Positions 30,201 to 37,805 of a stretch of DNA of 64,000 bases are shown here, in pieces; within the stretch, counting starts at the first letter, position 1; every line of letters starts with the position of its first letter. A model generated the notes under the pieces. The model was not told where the DNA came from, did no database searches, and saw only the letters and a program-made list of their open reading frames with translations. The stretch is taken from the NCBI GenBank assembly GCA_052390235.1, contig JBQTHB010000005.1:64001-128000 (forward strand). Reading direction: 5' to 3'. The stretch comes from Deltaproteobacteria bacterium (GTDB taxonomy: Bacteria; Desulfobacterota_D; UBA1144; Nemesobacterales; CSP1-2). The position numbers were made by a program, and so were the translations under genes.

Positions 30201-30336
30201 TATCAAGCTCGAACTCAGGGAATACCTCTTGCTTGATTCTGGTAGCCATGAAAAGCCCGCCGATGATGAGAAACATCATTATGAGATTCGGCGTAACGCG
30301 GTTTTTGACCATCCATGAAATGGGCCCGCCACTCAC
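27244..30336 (-). CDS. RND efflux permease (AcrB/AcrD/AcrF family)
   Basis: 1030 aa; GIVVDDAIVAGENI and RFRPIILTTLTT. Confidence 0.95.
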   Translation of the reverse strand: MSGGPISWMVKNRVTPNLIMMFLIIGGLFMATRIKQEVFPEFELDMVTVSVPYPGASPAEVEQGIVLAVEEAVRGVEGVKEITSTSSEGVGSVNIELITGVDQQKIYQDIKQEIDRITTLPEDAEEPRVALQVRRRNVLTIQLYGEASDWALRNLAEEVQDRLLQDPRITQVELVGARNYEVHVEVSQGSLRSYGLTLDDIAQKISATSVEVPGGGLKTDGGQILVRFNERRNWASEFAEIPIIATPEGSVVTLGSIAQVGEGFQDSDNYAEYNGKPAIGIEVYRVGDETPIGISEAVREAMARIKADLPGGIDYVISNDSSKIYQQRLELLLKNAFMGLLLVLLILGAFLEFRLAFWVTMGIPTSFLGAILFLPLMDVSINMISMFAFIVALGIVVDDAIVAGENIYQYRESGMSAFAAAMKGARDVSVPVAFSIITNILAFLPLYFVPGTFGKTWQVIPLVVVTVFLISWIESLLILPSHLAQESKKSRFRLLSAISGWQGAFSRQFNRFTDNVYAPFLRLCIKRRYVTASAGFALLIIVTGYVASGRIGMILMPRVESDRAVASATIPFGAPLSKAAEIRDLMVEAADEIKEKHGGGALVEGIFATIDENLIEVSIYLTDPTVRPISTAEVSRIWRELVGQIPGTRTLKFESDRGGPGSGAALTIELSHRDVSVLDKAGVALAEKLAEFPNTRDVDDGYVPGKAQFDFALNAEGRSLGLTSEAVARQIRHSFHGSEALRQQRARNEVKVIVRLPEDERVSEYNIENLLVRTPGGGDSSLVQVADFDRGRSYTSIKRRDSRRTTAVSADVTPIGETGRVISALDATILPQLARDFPGLTYAYEGRQADMAESLDSLFKGFLLTLVAIYFVLAVPFKSYTQPVIIMISIPFGIVGAVLGHILMGYDLSVISMMGIVALAGVVVNGALVLIDQANNRRAEGDSPEVAIQSAGVRRFRPIILTTLTTFGGLAPMIFETSRQARFMIPMAISLGYGILFATLISLILVPCLYMILDDALGSRPLAKGQDPSA

Positions 30337-31583
30337 TTCGTCTTCACCTCCGCAGCGGGGATTTCAGTCGAGCGGCTGACCGGCTCGGATGGGGAATTCC
30401 CCCTCGTGCGCAGTTTCATTCCCTCGACCGGGGTGGAAAGGAGCGTCGTAACCAAACGCTCCCCGTCAGATAGCCCCTCGTTTATGTATAGCTTGTCCCT
30501 ACCCCTGAACAGAACTCCGACCTGCCGTATTTCAAGCTCGTCCCCTGCATTCATAATCCAGACCTGACCGCCGTTATGGACAAATCTCCTGTCAACAGAG
30601 AAAACCGACTTCAATTCCTGCCCCTCGATTTCGAGTCGCACATAGCTTCCTATAATCAACCGCGGCTTCCCCCTATTGCCGGAAGATAGCGACAGAGGGT
30701 CCGCAATCTCGACAATAACGCGCGCCATGCGGCTCTCACGTTCCAAATCGCCGAGGAGTCTCACAATTTCGCCCTCCCGAAACACTCCCTTTCCCCAAGC
30801 CGAGTCGCTGAATATTTTCACCCTTGAGCCGGCTTCGGCGGTAGAATTAGGGATTTGAATCCACCTGAGCGCGTCCACAGGCACAGGGGCTTCAACCCAA
30901 TATCTGTCCGTGCCAACTATCGTCGCAAGCGGGGTTGAAGCGGCAACCTGCGCGCCGAGGTTCACGCCCCGTCCTGTGATAATTAAATCGAATGGGGCTT
31001 TAACCGCCGTCCTCTCAATGTTGATTTTTGCAAGCGCGAGCGCGGCTTTCGCCGAGTTGAGGACGGAGCGAGTTTTCTCCAGTTGGGGCTTGCGAAGGAC
31101 AAAATCCCTGTCCCCCTCCGAGACGACCTCGCCCAGAAGCTCGTACTCCTTGAGGGCTACGGCTTGCTGTCCCATTTCGAGTTTTAGGTCGCTTTGCGCC
31201 TGAGCCACCTCGCTCTCCCTCTGGCGCGCGGCAAGCTCATAGTCCGAGCGTTCAATCCTAAGTAAAACCTCTCCTCGCCTGAAGCGTCCTCCGGGTATGA
31301 ATTCCCGGCTAACCTCTACGATTTTCCCAGCGACTTGAGGGTGAAGAGCCACCTCCTCGGCGGGTTTGACCTCTCCCATCGCCTCTTGGAATGTATTTTC
31401 ATCCCTCGCATAGACGCGCGCGACCTCGACGAGCCTCGCCTGCTTTTCGGGGGATTTTCTCTCTATTTTGGGAGAAGTTTTTATGAGCGCCGCCGCTAGA
31501 GAGAATCCGACGACAATCACCGCCGCCGGAATGATTACTTTCAGCGCCGACCTCCGGCGAGCGTTTTTTGCGTTATTGCTCAT
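30333..31583 (-). CDS. RND periplasmic adaptor (membrane fusion protein)
   Basis: N-terminal anchor, VAGKIVEV, VKAPFD and GLSDGERLV. Confidence 0.92.
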   Translation of the reverse strand: MSNNAKNARRRSALKVIIPAAVIVVGFSLAAALIKTSPKIERKSPEKQARLVEVARVYARDENTFQEAMGEVKPAEEVALHPQVAGKIVEVSREFIPGGRFRRGEVLLRIERSDYELAARQRESEVAQAQSDLKLEMGQQAVALKEYELLGEVVSEGDRDFVLRKPQLEKTRSVLNSAKAALALAKINIERTAVKAPFDLIITGRGVNLGAQVAASTPLATIVGTDRYWVEAPVPVDALRWIQIPNSTAEAGSRVKIFSDSAWGKGVFREGEIVRLLGDLERESRMARVIVEIADPLSLSSGNRGKPRLIIGSYVRLEIEGQELKSVFSVDRRFVHNGGQVWIMNAGDELEIRQVGVLFRGRDKLYINEGLSDGERLVTTLLSTPVEGMKLRTRGNSPSEPVSRSTEIPAAEVKTK

Positions 31584-33099
31584 TGGATTTTTCTATCTCC
31601 TCTCTTTGTATAAGAATTGCCCCCTCGGATTCGCCAGCGGGCACGCCCCCCAGCCCCTTTGGCGGCGGCGCGTCCATTTCCCATCCACCGGCAAGGGCGC
31701 GGTAGAGGTTTATGCGAAACCCCAGCAAGCCGCCTCTCGCGTCGAGATAATCGCGCTCAAGGCTCTGGTGCGTAACAGTGGCTTCGAGAACCCGCAAATA
31801 ATCAGCCGCGCCTTTAATGTAGCTGCCTCGCGTTCGCTCCATCACCTGAGCCGAGAGTTTCAACTGACGCTCGAGACTCAATATGAGCTCGCGCTGACGC
31901 CGCTCCTGGGCTAGAGCGGTTTCAACCTCTCCAAGGGCGGCGACAATTGCCTGTCCATAGAGGTTGAGGCTCTCGGAAACCGCCGCGCGGCTACGCTCCA
32001 CGTCGGCTTTGCGCGCCCCTGCGTCAAACAGAGGGGCAAGGAGATTTGCCGCGAGATTGAGAGCCCAATTATCGAATAAATCCCTCAGATTTCCGCCTGA
32101 AGCCCCTGCCTCGGCAACGATGCTCAGGCGCGGGAGGCGGTCGGCAAGCGCGGCGGCGGCGCGGCGGTCTGCGGCAAGAACCCCGTAGTATGCCCGCTTC
32201 ACATCGGGGCGGCGCTGAATTATGTGAGCGGGAATTCCGGTTGCGGGTATCGGGGGAAGCTCGGCCAATTCGGGGGAGGAATTAGTGGTATAGAGCGCTC
32301 TTCCCGCAGTCCTGCCGAGTAGAACGGCGAGTCTATTGTTGAGAGCGGCGGCGGCGGCCTCGGCGGTTTTTTTGAGTCCCTCCAGAGACTCCACGAGCTG
32401 GCGCTGGCGAATCACATCTGCCGCGCCGACCTGCCCCCGCCGGAATCTGAGCGTTACAAGCTCAAGAATCCGGGAATTTGTCTCGAACTGCTCGCCGAGG
32501 AGTCTCAGCTGTCCGTAAGCGGTTGCGAGTTCATACCAAGCTCCTGCAACCTCGGCTGAGAGCGTAATTGCCGCCGCCTGCGCGTCCTCGCGCGAAGATG
32601 CGGCATCGAGGCGGGCGGCATCTCTAGCAGAGCGCACCCTCCCCCAGAGGTCTATCTCGTAGGAGGCGACTAAACCCAAATCCAAGCCGTTCGATGACCC
32701 TCCGCCGCCGGAAGAGAAATCCCCGCCGCCATCGTCCCTTTTCCTCGCCGAAGACCCAGCCTCGGCGGCTATTTCAGGCAGGAGCAAAGCGCCCTGTCTC
32801 TTGGCGATGGCTTCGGCCTGCGCGAGACGATCCCAAACGGCGAGAAAATTAAAATTTCCGGCGAGCGCCTCCTCTATCAACTTATCGAGCGAGGGGTCGT
32901 TAAAACCCCTCCACCATCGCTCGGCAAGCGCCGCCTCGCCGGCTTCGGAAAACGCTTTGGGCATCTGCGCGGGGGATTCCACGGATTTTGGCAGGGCAGC
33001 GCAGGAGGGGAGAAGCGAGATAGCCAATAAAATAAAGGGCAGGCGGTTTATGCGGCGTTTGGGCGTGGTTTGGTTCTGCAAATGATTCCTCAAGTTCAA
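31573..33099 (-). CDS. outer-membrane efflux lipoprotein (TolC/NodT family)
   Basis: Lipobox-like LPSC, WWRGFNDPSL, SYEIDLWGR, RRPDV and LYRALAGGW. Confidence 0.93.
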   Translation of the reverse strand: MNLRNHLQNQTTPKRRINRLPFILLAISLLPSCAALPKSVESPAQMPKAFSEAGEAALAERWWRGFNDPSLDKLIEEALAGNFNFLAVWDRLAQAEAIAKRQGALLLPEIAAEAGSSARKRDDGGGDFSSGGGGSSNGLDLGLVASYEIDLWGRVRSARDAARLDAASSREDAQAAAITLSAEVAGAWYELATAYGQLRLLGEQFETNSRILELVTLRFRRGQVGAADVIRQRQLVESLEGLKKTAEAAAAALNNRLAVLLGRTAGRALYTTNSSPELAELPPIPATGIPAHIIQRRPDVKRAYYGVLAADRRAAAALADRLPRLSIVAEAGASGGNLRDLFDNWALNLAANLLAPLFDAGARKADVERSRAAVSESLNLYGQAIVAALGEVETALAQERRQRELILSLERQLKLSAQVMERTRGSYIKGAADYLRVLEATVTHQSLERDYLDARGGLLGFRINLYRALAGGWEMDAPPPKGLGGVPAGESEGAILIQREEIEKSNEQ

Positions 33100-33139
33100 T
33101 TATGATGAGTCCCAGTTAAGCGTGGATGAAGACGCGGGG

Positions 33140-33592
33140 CTAAAGGGGTTTTCGGTTTTTTAAAATGGCTTCGGCGACTTTTTTCCTATCCTCAGGCGAA
33201 AGCCCCCGAGCTGCCTTGAGAAACGCCTCCTGAAATTTTATCTGCGCTCCCGTCATGGCGGCGCGTATCTCGGCAAACGCCTCTTCGGCTTTTATAACGT
33301 CAACGGCGTCGCCCCCGAGTGCTTCGGCTAGTTTATAGTTGACCTCTTCGATTCTTTTTCTGAGATCTCCCTCGGCGCGCGGCAGATTGCCCCTGATTGC
33401 CTCAATAAATTCCCTTTGGGCGGAGCGGGGGAGGTCTTCGATGAGCTTTTCGATTTTTTTCTCAAATTTGGCGTGTTTTGGGCTATTGCCGTGCCTGAAT
33501 TTATCGGCTTTGCCTCCGAGAGCAAACCCCAAAAGCCAGATGTTCAGCCCCACTGAGATTACGCAGACAGCGACAATTATTTTTTTCATCAT
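33140..33592 (-). CDS. periplasmic heavy-metal-sensor / Spy-CpxP-like protein
   Basis: SVGLNIWLLG anchor, helical body and LSPEDR motif. Confidence 0.7.
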   Translation of the reverse strand: MMKKIIVAVCVISVGLNIWLLGFALGGKADKFRHGNSPKHAKFEKKIEKLIEDLPRSAQREFIEAIRGNLPRAEGDLRKRIEEVNYKLAEALGGDAVDVIKAEEAFAEIRAAMTGAQIKFQEAFLKAARGLSPEDRKKVAEAILKNRKPL

Positions 33593-33594
33593 CT

Positions 33595-33972
33595 CTATAT
33601 AACTCCTATATCTTCGACGGGACCCAAAAGGGCCGTCGCCGGGTCAATTTGCTGGGAAAGCGCCTCCTCGGTGAATCCATCGTAAAATCCCGCCATGAAG
33701 CCGAAGAGCAGAAACAGGACGACTGCGGCGAGGGCGAAAGAAGGATTGAAGAGGAACGAGAGAAAACCGCTAGGGTTGGAGCGGGTCGCCGTATTTTCAA
33801 CCACTATTTTGTTGATTAGACCGTCGTCCGCCTCTCGAACCGAGTACAAATCCAAGAGACTGTCGAGGGCGCGGGCATACTCAGGGTTAGACTCAATTTC
33901 ACTGAGGAGCAAATCCTTGGGCTTCGTGGCTTCCCCGCAGGCTCCAATCAGTTTTTTATCCTTGCGTCTCAT
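33595..33972 (-). CDS. putative membrane anti-sigma factor
   Basis: 125 aa with a single TM; overlaps the sigma gene stop by 4 nt. Confidence 0.6.
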   Translation of the reverse strand: MRRKDKKLIGACGEATKPKDLLLSEIESNPEYARALDSLLDLYSVREADDGLINKIVVENTATRSNPSGFLSFLFNPSFALAAVVLFLLFGFMAGFYDGFTEEALSQQIDPATALLGPVEDIGVI

Positions 33973-34625
33973 ATTGAGTCCTCCTCACCTCGAATTTTCA
34001 AATCCGCATCCAGCATCTGCCCAAGAGCCGCTCTAGCCCTTTGAACAAGCGCCTCGAATGCCCCCTGCGATACCTCCAGCACCCCTGCGGCTTCGATTTG
34101 ATTAAGCCCCTCGTAGTAGAACAGAATTAGAGCCGCCCTCTGCCTTTCGGGGAGTTTTTGAAGCGCGTCTCTAACTCGCCCACGCCTCTGTCCGGCAATA
34201 GCGGACTGCTCGGCGTTCGGCATCGGGGATAGGATTTCATCATCTAATTCGGCGCGTACCTTCGCCGAAGCGTGTTTTCTCATGTGGTCTATCGCGAGGT
34301 TATATAAAATCCTGTGAAACCAGGTCGTGAATTTCGCCTTCGGCTGCCAATTTTGCGCCCCCTTCCAAACCGATAAAAATCCCTCCTGCACTATGTCCTC
34401 GGCATCGGTTCTGTTGCCGACCATTCGCTCGACAAAGCCCAGAGAGCGATTTATGTGCCTCTCCACGATATTGCGATAAGCTAAGGCGTCGCGGCGTCCT
34501 GAGACCCTCTGCATGAGGGCGGCGTCAATATCCGATTGCGAATCTTCGCGGCTTAGAGGCAATATATCGGTTTCCTTCGGAGAGGGGGAGTCGTATTTTA
34601 AACATTCTGCCATAGTATCGGACAT
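33969..34625 (-). CDS. ECF sigma-70 factor
   Basis: DAEDIVQEGF, FTTWFHRILYNLAIDHMRK and LPERQRAALIL (regions 2 and 4). Confidence 0.93.
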   Translation of the reverse strand: MSDTMAECLKYDSPSPKETDILPLSREDSQSDIDAALMQRVSGRRDALAYRNIVERHINRSLGFVERMVGNRTDAEDIVQEGFLSVWKGAQNWQPKAKFTTWFHRILYNLAIDHMRKHASAKVRAELDDEILSPMPNAEQSAIAGQRRGRVRDALQKLPERQRAALILFYYEGLNQIEAAGVLEVSQGAFEALVQRARAALGQMLDADLKIRGEEDSI

Positions 34626-34716
34626 TTTCAGCTTCGGATTTTATATGCGAAAAGAAGCGGCGCATCTCCTGCCGGGGCGAGCGCTCCACTGCCCGCCCCC
34701 CGCTTTGGTCATAGAA

Positions 34717-35151
34717 CTAGCAGTCTTTTTTAAATTCTGCTCTGTGCTGGTCTTTGATTTCAAAGAGTTTTACTCTCTGCTCCGTGGAAAGCGCCTCTCT
34801 CATAGCCAGGGTCATCTCGATTTTGATTTTTCCAAGTTCCATGTGCGTAGATTCCACCCTGTCATAGGCGGACAAAATTTCACTATTGGTTGAATTCGGG
34901 TTTCTCATCACGGTTTTCATCTCTCTGTAATCGGCTTTAAGGCGGGCGCGCAGAGCCTCGATGCTCCCCTTGTGGGACGATGCGATTTGCTCAATTTGGC
35001 TCTTCTGCCGGTCGCTGAGGGCGAGTTGCTCGACAATTTTCGATTTTGTCCACCAATCGCCGCGTTTGTCCTCGTGTTTTCCGGGTAATGCCCAAGCGGC
35101 GGCGGCAAGGACGAAAACCGATAATGCGGATAAGGTCAACACTCTTTTCAT
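34717..35151 (-). CDS. Spy/CpxP family periplasmic chaperone
   Basis: Signal peptide, WW..., LALSDRQ and LSTEQR (LTxxQ repeats). Confidence 0.8.
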   Translation of the reverse strand: MKRVLTLSALSVFVLAAAAWALPGKHEDKRGDWWTKSKIVEQLALSDRQKSQIEQIASSHKGSIEALRARLKADYREMKTVMRNPNSTNSEILSAYDRVESTHMELGKIKIEMTLAMREALSTEQRVKLFEIKDQHRAEFKKDC

Positions 35152-35428
35152 TTGTAAAACCTCCTGACTCGAAATTTTTATTTTGAGAAAATTGCCGGCT
35201 TGTGAATTGTTTTCTCAATCTATTAAACGTATGGGGGGTGAGATTTCCTACGCGCTTTTTTTGACTATAGCAAAATTCCCCCCTCCTCGAATAGCCCATT
35301 TCATTCTCGTCGAAACGGGAATTCCGTATGCCGCAGCGCGTATCCCGAACTGTGATTCGTTGAATTCGGGGGAAAATCCGCTAATATTTTCTCTCGATAG
35401 AGTAAAAACCGACTTTGAGGGTGCAAGG

Positions 35429-36304
35429 ATGAACCGATTTGTGAAATCCCACGGGCTTGGGAACGACTACATTGTGCTAGACGAGGCTAATATCTCATTT
35501 GAACTCACGCCGGAGGTGATAAAACTCATCTGCCACAGAAATTACGGCATCGGCTCGGATGGGATACTGCTTCTGACCCCATCGGAAAGGGCCGATTTCG
35601 GTCTCAGAATCCTAAACCCTGACGGGAGCGAGGCGGAGAAAAGCGGAAACGGGCTTCGGATATTCGCGAAATTCCTGTACGAGCATTGGTACACTAAAAA
35701 AAGCTCCTTCACCATTGACACGCTCTCAGGGGTGGTGTCTGCGGAGCTGGAAAGCAGAGACGGCAGGGTGTCGTTTGTTACCGTTGAGATGGGCGAGGCG
35801 ACCTTTAGGAGCAGGCTCATTCCCGTCGAGGGCGACGACAGAGAGGTCATCGGCGAGGAAATACGCATAAACGGCGAGATACTGAGATTCACGGCGGTCT
35901 CGGTTGGCAATCCCCACTGCGTGGTGTTCGCCGAGGAGCTAGACGAGGCATACACGAAAAAACTGGGGCCCAAAATTGAAAATCACCGCATTTTCCCCAA
36001 CCGCACCAACGTGCAGTTTGCTAAGGTCGTCTCCAGAGATAGAGTAGAGATTCTCATTTGGGAGCGCGGCGCGGGCTGGACTCTCGCCTCAGGGAGCAGT
36101 TCGTGCGCTGTTGCGGCGGCTTGCGTGAGAAACAACCTAACGGACAGGTATTTGACCGTCGCCATGCCCGGAGGGGAGCTTCAAATTGAGGTGAGAAACG
36201 ATTGGACTCTCAAGATGCGGGGCGAGGTCGAGGGAGTCGCCGAAGGCTCCATCTCCAAAGACCTGCTGGAGAGAATCAATAAAATCTCACCCCCAGAGTC
36301 ATGA
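35429..36304 (+). CDS. dapF: diaminopimelate epimerase-like protein with Ser/Ser active site
   Basis: KSHGLGNDY, GIGSDG, NPDGSEAEKSGNG, GNPH and ERGAGWTLASGS. Confidence 0.88.
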   Translation: MNRFVKSHGLGNDYIVLDEANISFELTPEVIKLICHRNYGIGSDGILLLTPSERADFGLRILNPDGSEAEKSGNGLRIFAKFLYEHWYTKKSSFTIDTLSGVVSAELESRDGRVSFVTVEMGEATFRSRLIPVEGDDREVIGEEIRINGEILRFTAVSVGNPHCVVFAEELDEAYTKKLGPKIENHRIFPNRTNVQFAKVVSRDRVEILIWERGAGWTLASGSSSCAVAAACVRNNLTDRYLTVAMPGGELQIEVRNDWTLKMRGEVEGVAEGSISKDLLERINKISPPES

Positions 36305-36380
36305 TTCAATACTGCGCCCAGCCACAGAACGCGGGGGTAGCGGCCGGGCGAAGCCAGTTAATGCAAATGGAAACAAAAGT

Positions 36381-36437
36381 AACGAGTTTCTAGTTTCTAG
36401 TTTTGAGACTAAAAACTAAAAACCAGTTACTAGAAAC
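36381..36437. repeat. heptamer (AGTTTCT)-based inverted repeat; left copy of a 26-bp direct repeat
   Basis: AGTTTCT AGTTTCT AGTTTTG followed by AAAAACT AAAAACC AGTTACT AGAAACC. Confidence 0.75.
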
Positions 36438-36499
36438 CGCTTTTAGATTCTCTCGCGCTGAAAAATTGTGTTTAATTCACGGGCTTGCGATTTTGGAGA

Positions 36500-37720
36500 A
36501 TGATATTGAAACTATCGGCGGCGCTTAAAGTCTCATACGGCGCATTGAAGAAAAATAAAATCCGCTCGGCTCTCACGACGCTTGGCATTATTATCGGAGT
36601 CGCCGCCGTTATCGCCTTGGTGTCCCTCACGCAGGGGGCGAAAAATCTCATCGAAGAACAGCTCACGAGCCTCGGCGGAAAATCCCTCATCGTAAATTCT
36701 GGCAGAAGAGCTGGAAGCGGCGTAACCGCCTCAGGGGGCGGCTCTCAAACCCTCACCGCCGCAGACGCCGATGCCATAAGGGGGCTGAGTTTCGTAACGC
36801 GCGTCTCGCCGATAGTTGACACGACTGGTCAGGTGGTCTGGGGAAACCGCAACTGGTTTACCGCGCTCATCGGCTCGTCCCCCGATTTCATCCACATCAA
36901 CGACTGGTTTCCAGAACGGGGAAATTTCTTCACCGAAGAGGACGTTGCAAACTCCGAGCGTGTATGCGTGCTAGGCAAAACCGTAGCCCTAAGCCTCTTC
37001 GGCGCTCAAAATCCCGTGGGCGAGACCGTGAGAATCGGGAGCAACTCGTTCCGCGTTATAGGCGTCATGGCGTCTATCGGGCAGACACCCGGAGGCAAAG
37101 ACCAGGACGATATTATCCTCATCCCCTATACGACGGCGCAGAAGAGAATCATCGGCGTCTCCAGCGTAGAGAACATATCCCTCTCCGTGAGAACACCCGA
37201 AGACATCCCCTTTGCCGAGAGCCAAATCAATATGCTCCTCAGAGAACGGCATCAAATCCGCCCCGGCGAGGAAAACGATTTCTTCGTAAAAAGCCAGCTC
37301 AATATCATCGAGCGCATATTCACTATATCGAAAATCATGACTATTCTCCTAGGGAGCATCGCCTCAATTTCGCTCATCGTGGGCGGCATCGGAATAATGA
37401 ACATAATGCTCGTCTCGGTTACGGAGCGCACAAAGGAAATCGGCATCAGAATGGCAGTAGGGGCGAAGGAGCGGGATATTATGCTCCAGTTCCTGATTGA
37501 AGCCGTCGCTCTTTCACTAGCCGGCGGGCTGATTGGAACGGGCGTGGGGATAGCGGCATCGAAGGCGTCTTCGTTTTTTACGAGCTGGCCCAGCCTGATT
37601 TCGCCATTGGCAATACTGCTCGCGTTCGGATTCGCCGGAGCGATAGGGGTTTTCTTCGGCATCTATCCGGCGAGGAAGGCATCGAAATTAGACCCGATAG
37701 AAGCCCTGAGATACGAATAG
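36500..37720 (+). CDS. MacB/FtsX-type ABC transporter permease
   Basis: RSALTTLGIIIGV, GGIGIMNIMLVSVTERTKEIGIR and PARKASKLDPIEALRYE. Confidence 0.93.
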   Translation: MILKLSAALKVSYGALKKNKIRSALTTLGIIIGVAAVIALVSLTQGAKNLIEEQLTSLGGKSLIVNSGRRAGSGVTASGGGSQTLTAADADAIRGLSFVTRVSPIVDTTGQVVWGNRNWFTALIGSSPDFIHINDWFPERGNFFTEEDVANSERVCVLGKTVALSLFGAQNPVGETVRIGSNSFRVIGVMASIGQTPGGKDQDDIILIPYTTAQKRIIGVSSVENISLSVRTPEDIPFAESQINMLLRERHQIRPGEENDFFVKSQLNIIERIFTISKIMTILLGSIASISLIVGGIGIMNIMLVSVTERTKEIGIRMAVGAKERDIMLQFLIEAVALSLAGGLIGTGVGIAASKASSFFTSWPSLISPLAILLAFGFAGAIGVFFGIYPARKASKLDPIEALRYE

Positions 37721-37739
37721 CCACAAACATAAGAGAAAA

Positions 37740-37770
37740 AACGAGTTTCTAGTTTCTAGTTTTGATACTA
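37740..37770. repeat. right copy of the direct repeat AACGAGTTTCTAGTTTCTAGTTTTGA
   Basis: Identical to 36381-36406 over 26 bp; 30 of 31 with extension. Confidence 0.85.
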
Positions 37771-37805
37771 ACCACAACGCGCCGCCTTTTCGGCAGGTTC
37801 AATCC

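Noticed and set aside
35183..35428. N-terminal extensions given by the ORF track for dapF, glgB, rny, hicB and 47948-48604
   Set aside because: Downstream ATGs fit the family N-termini better, most with a visible RBS.
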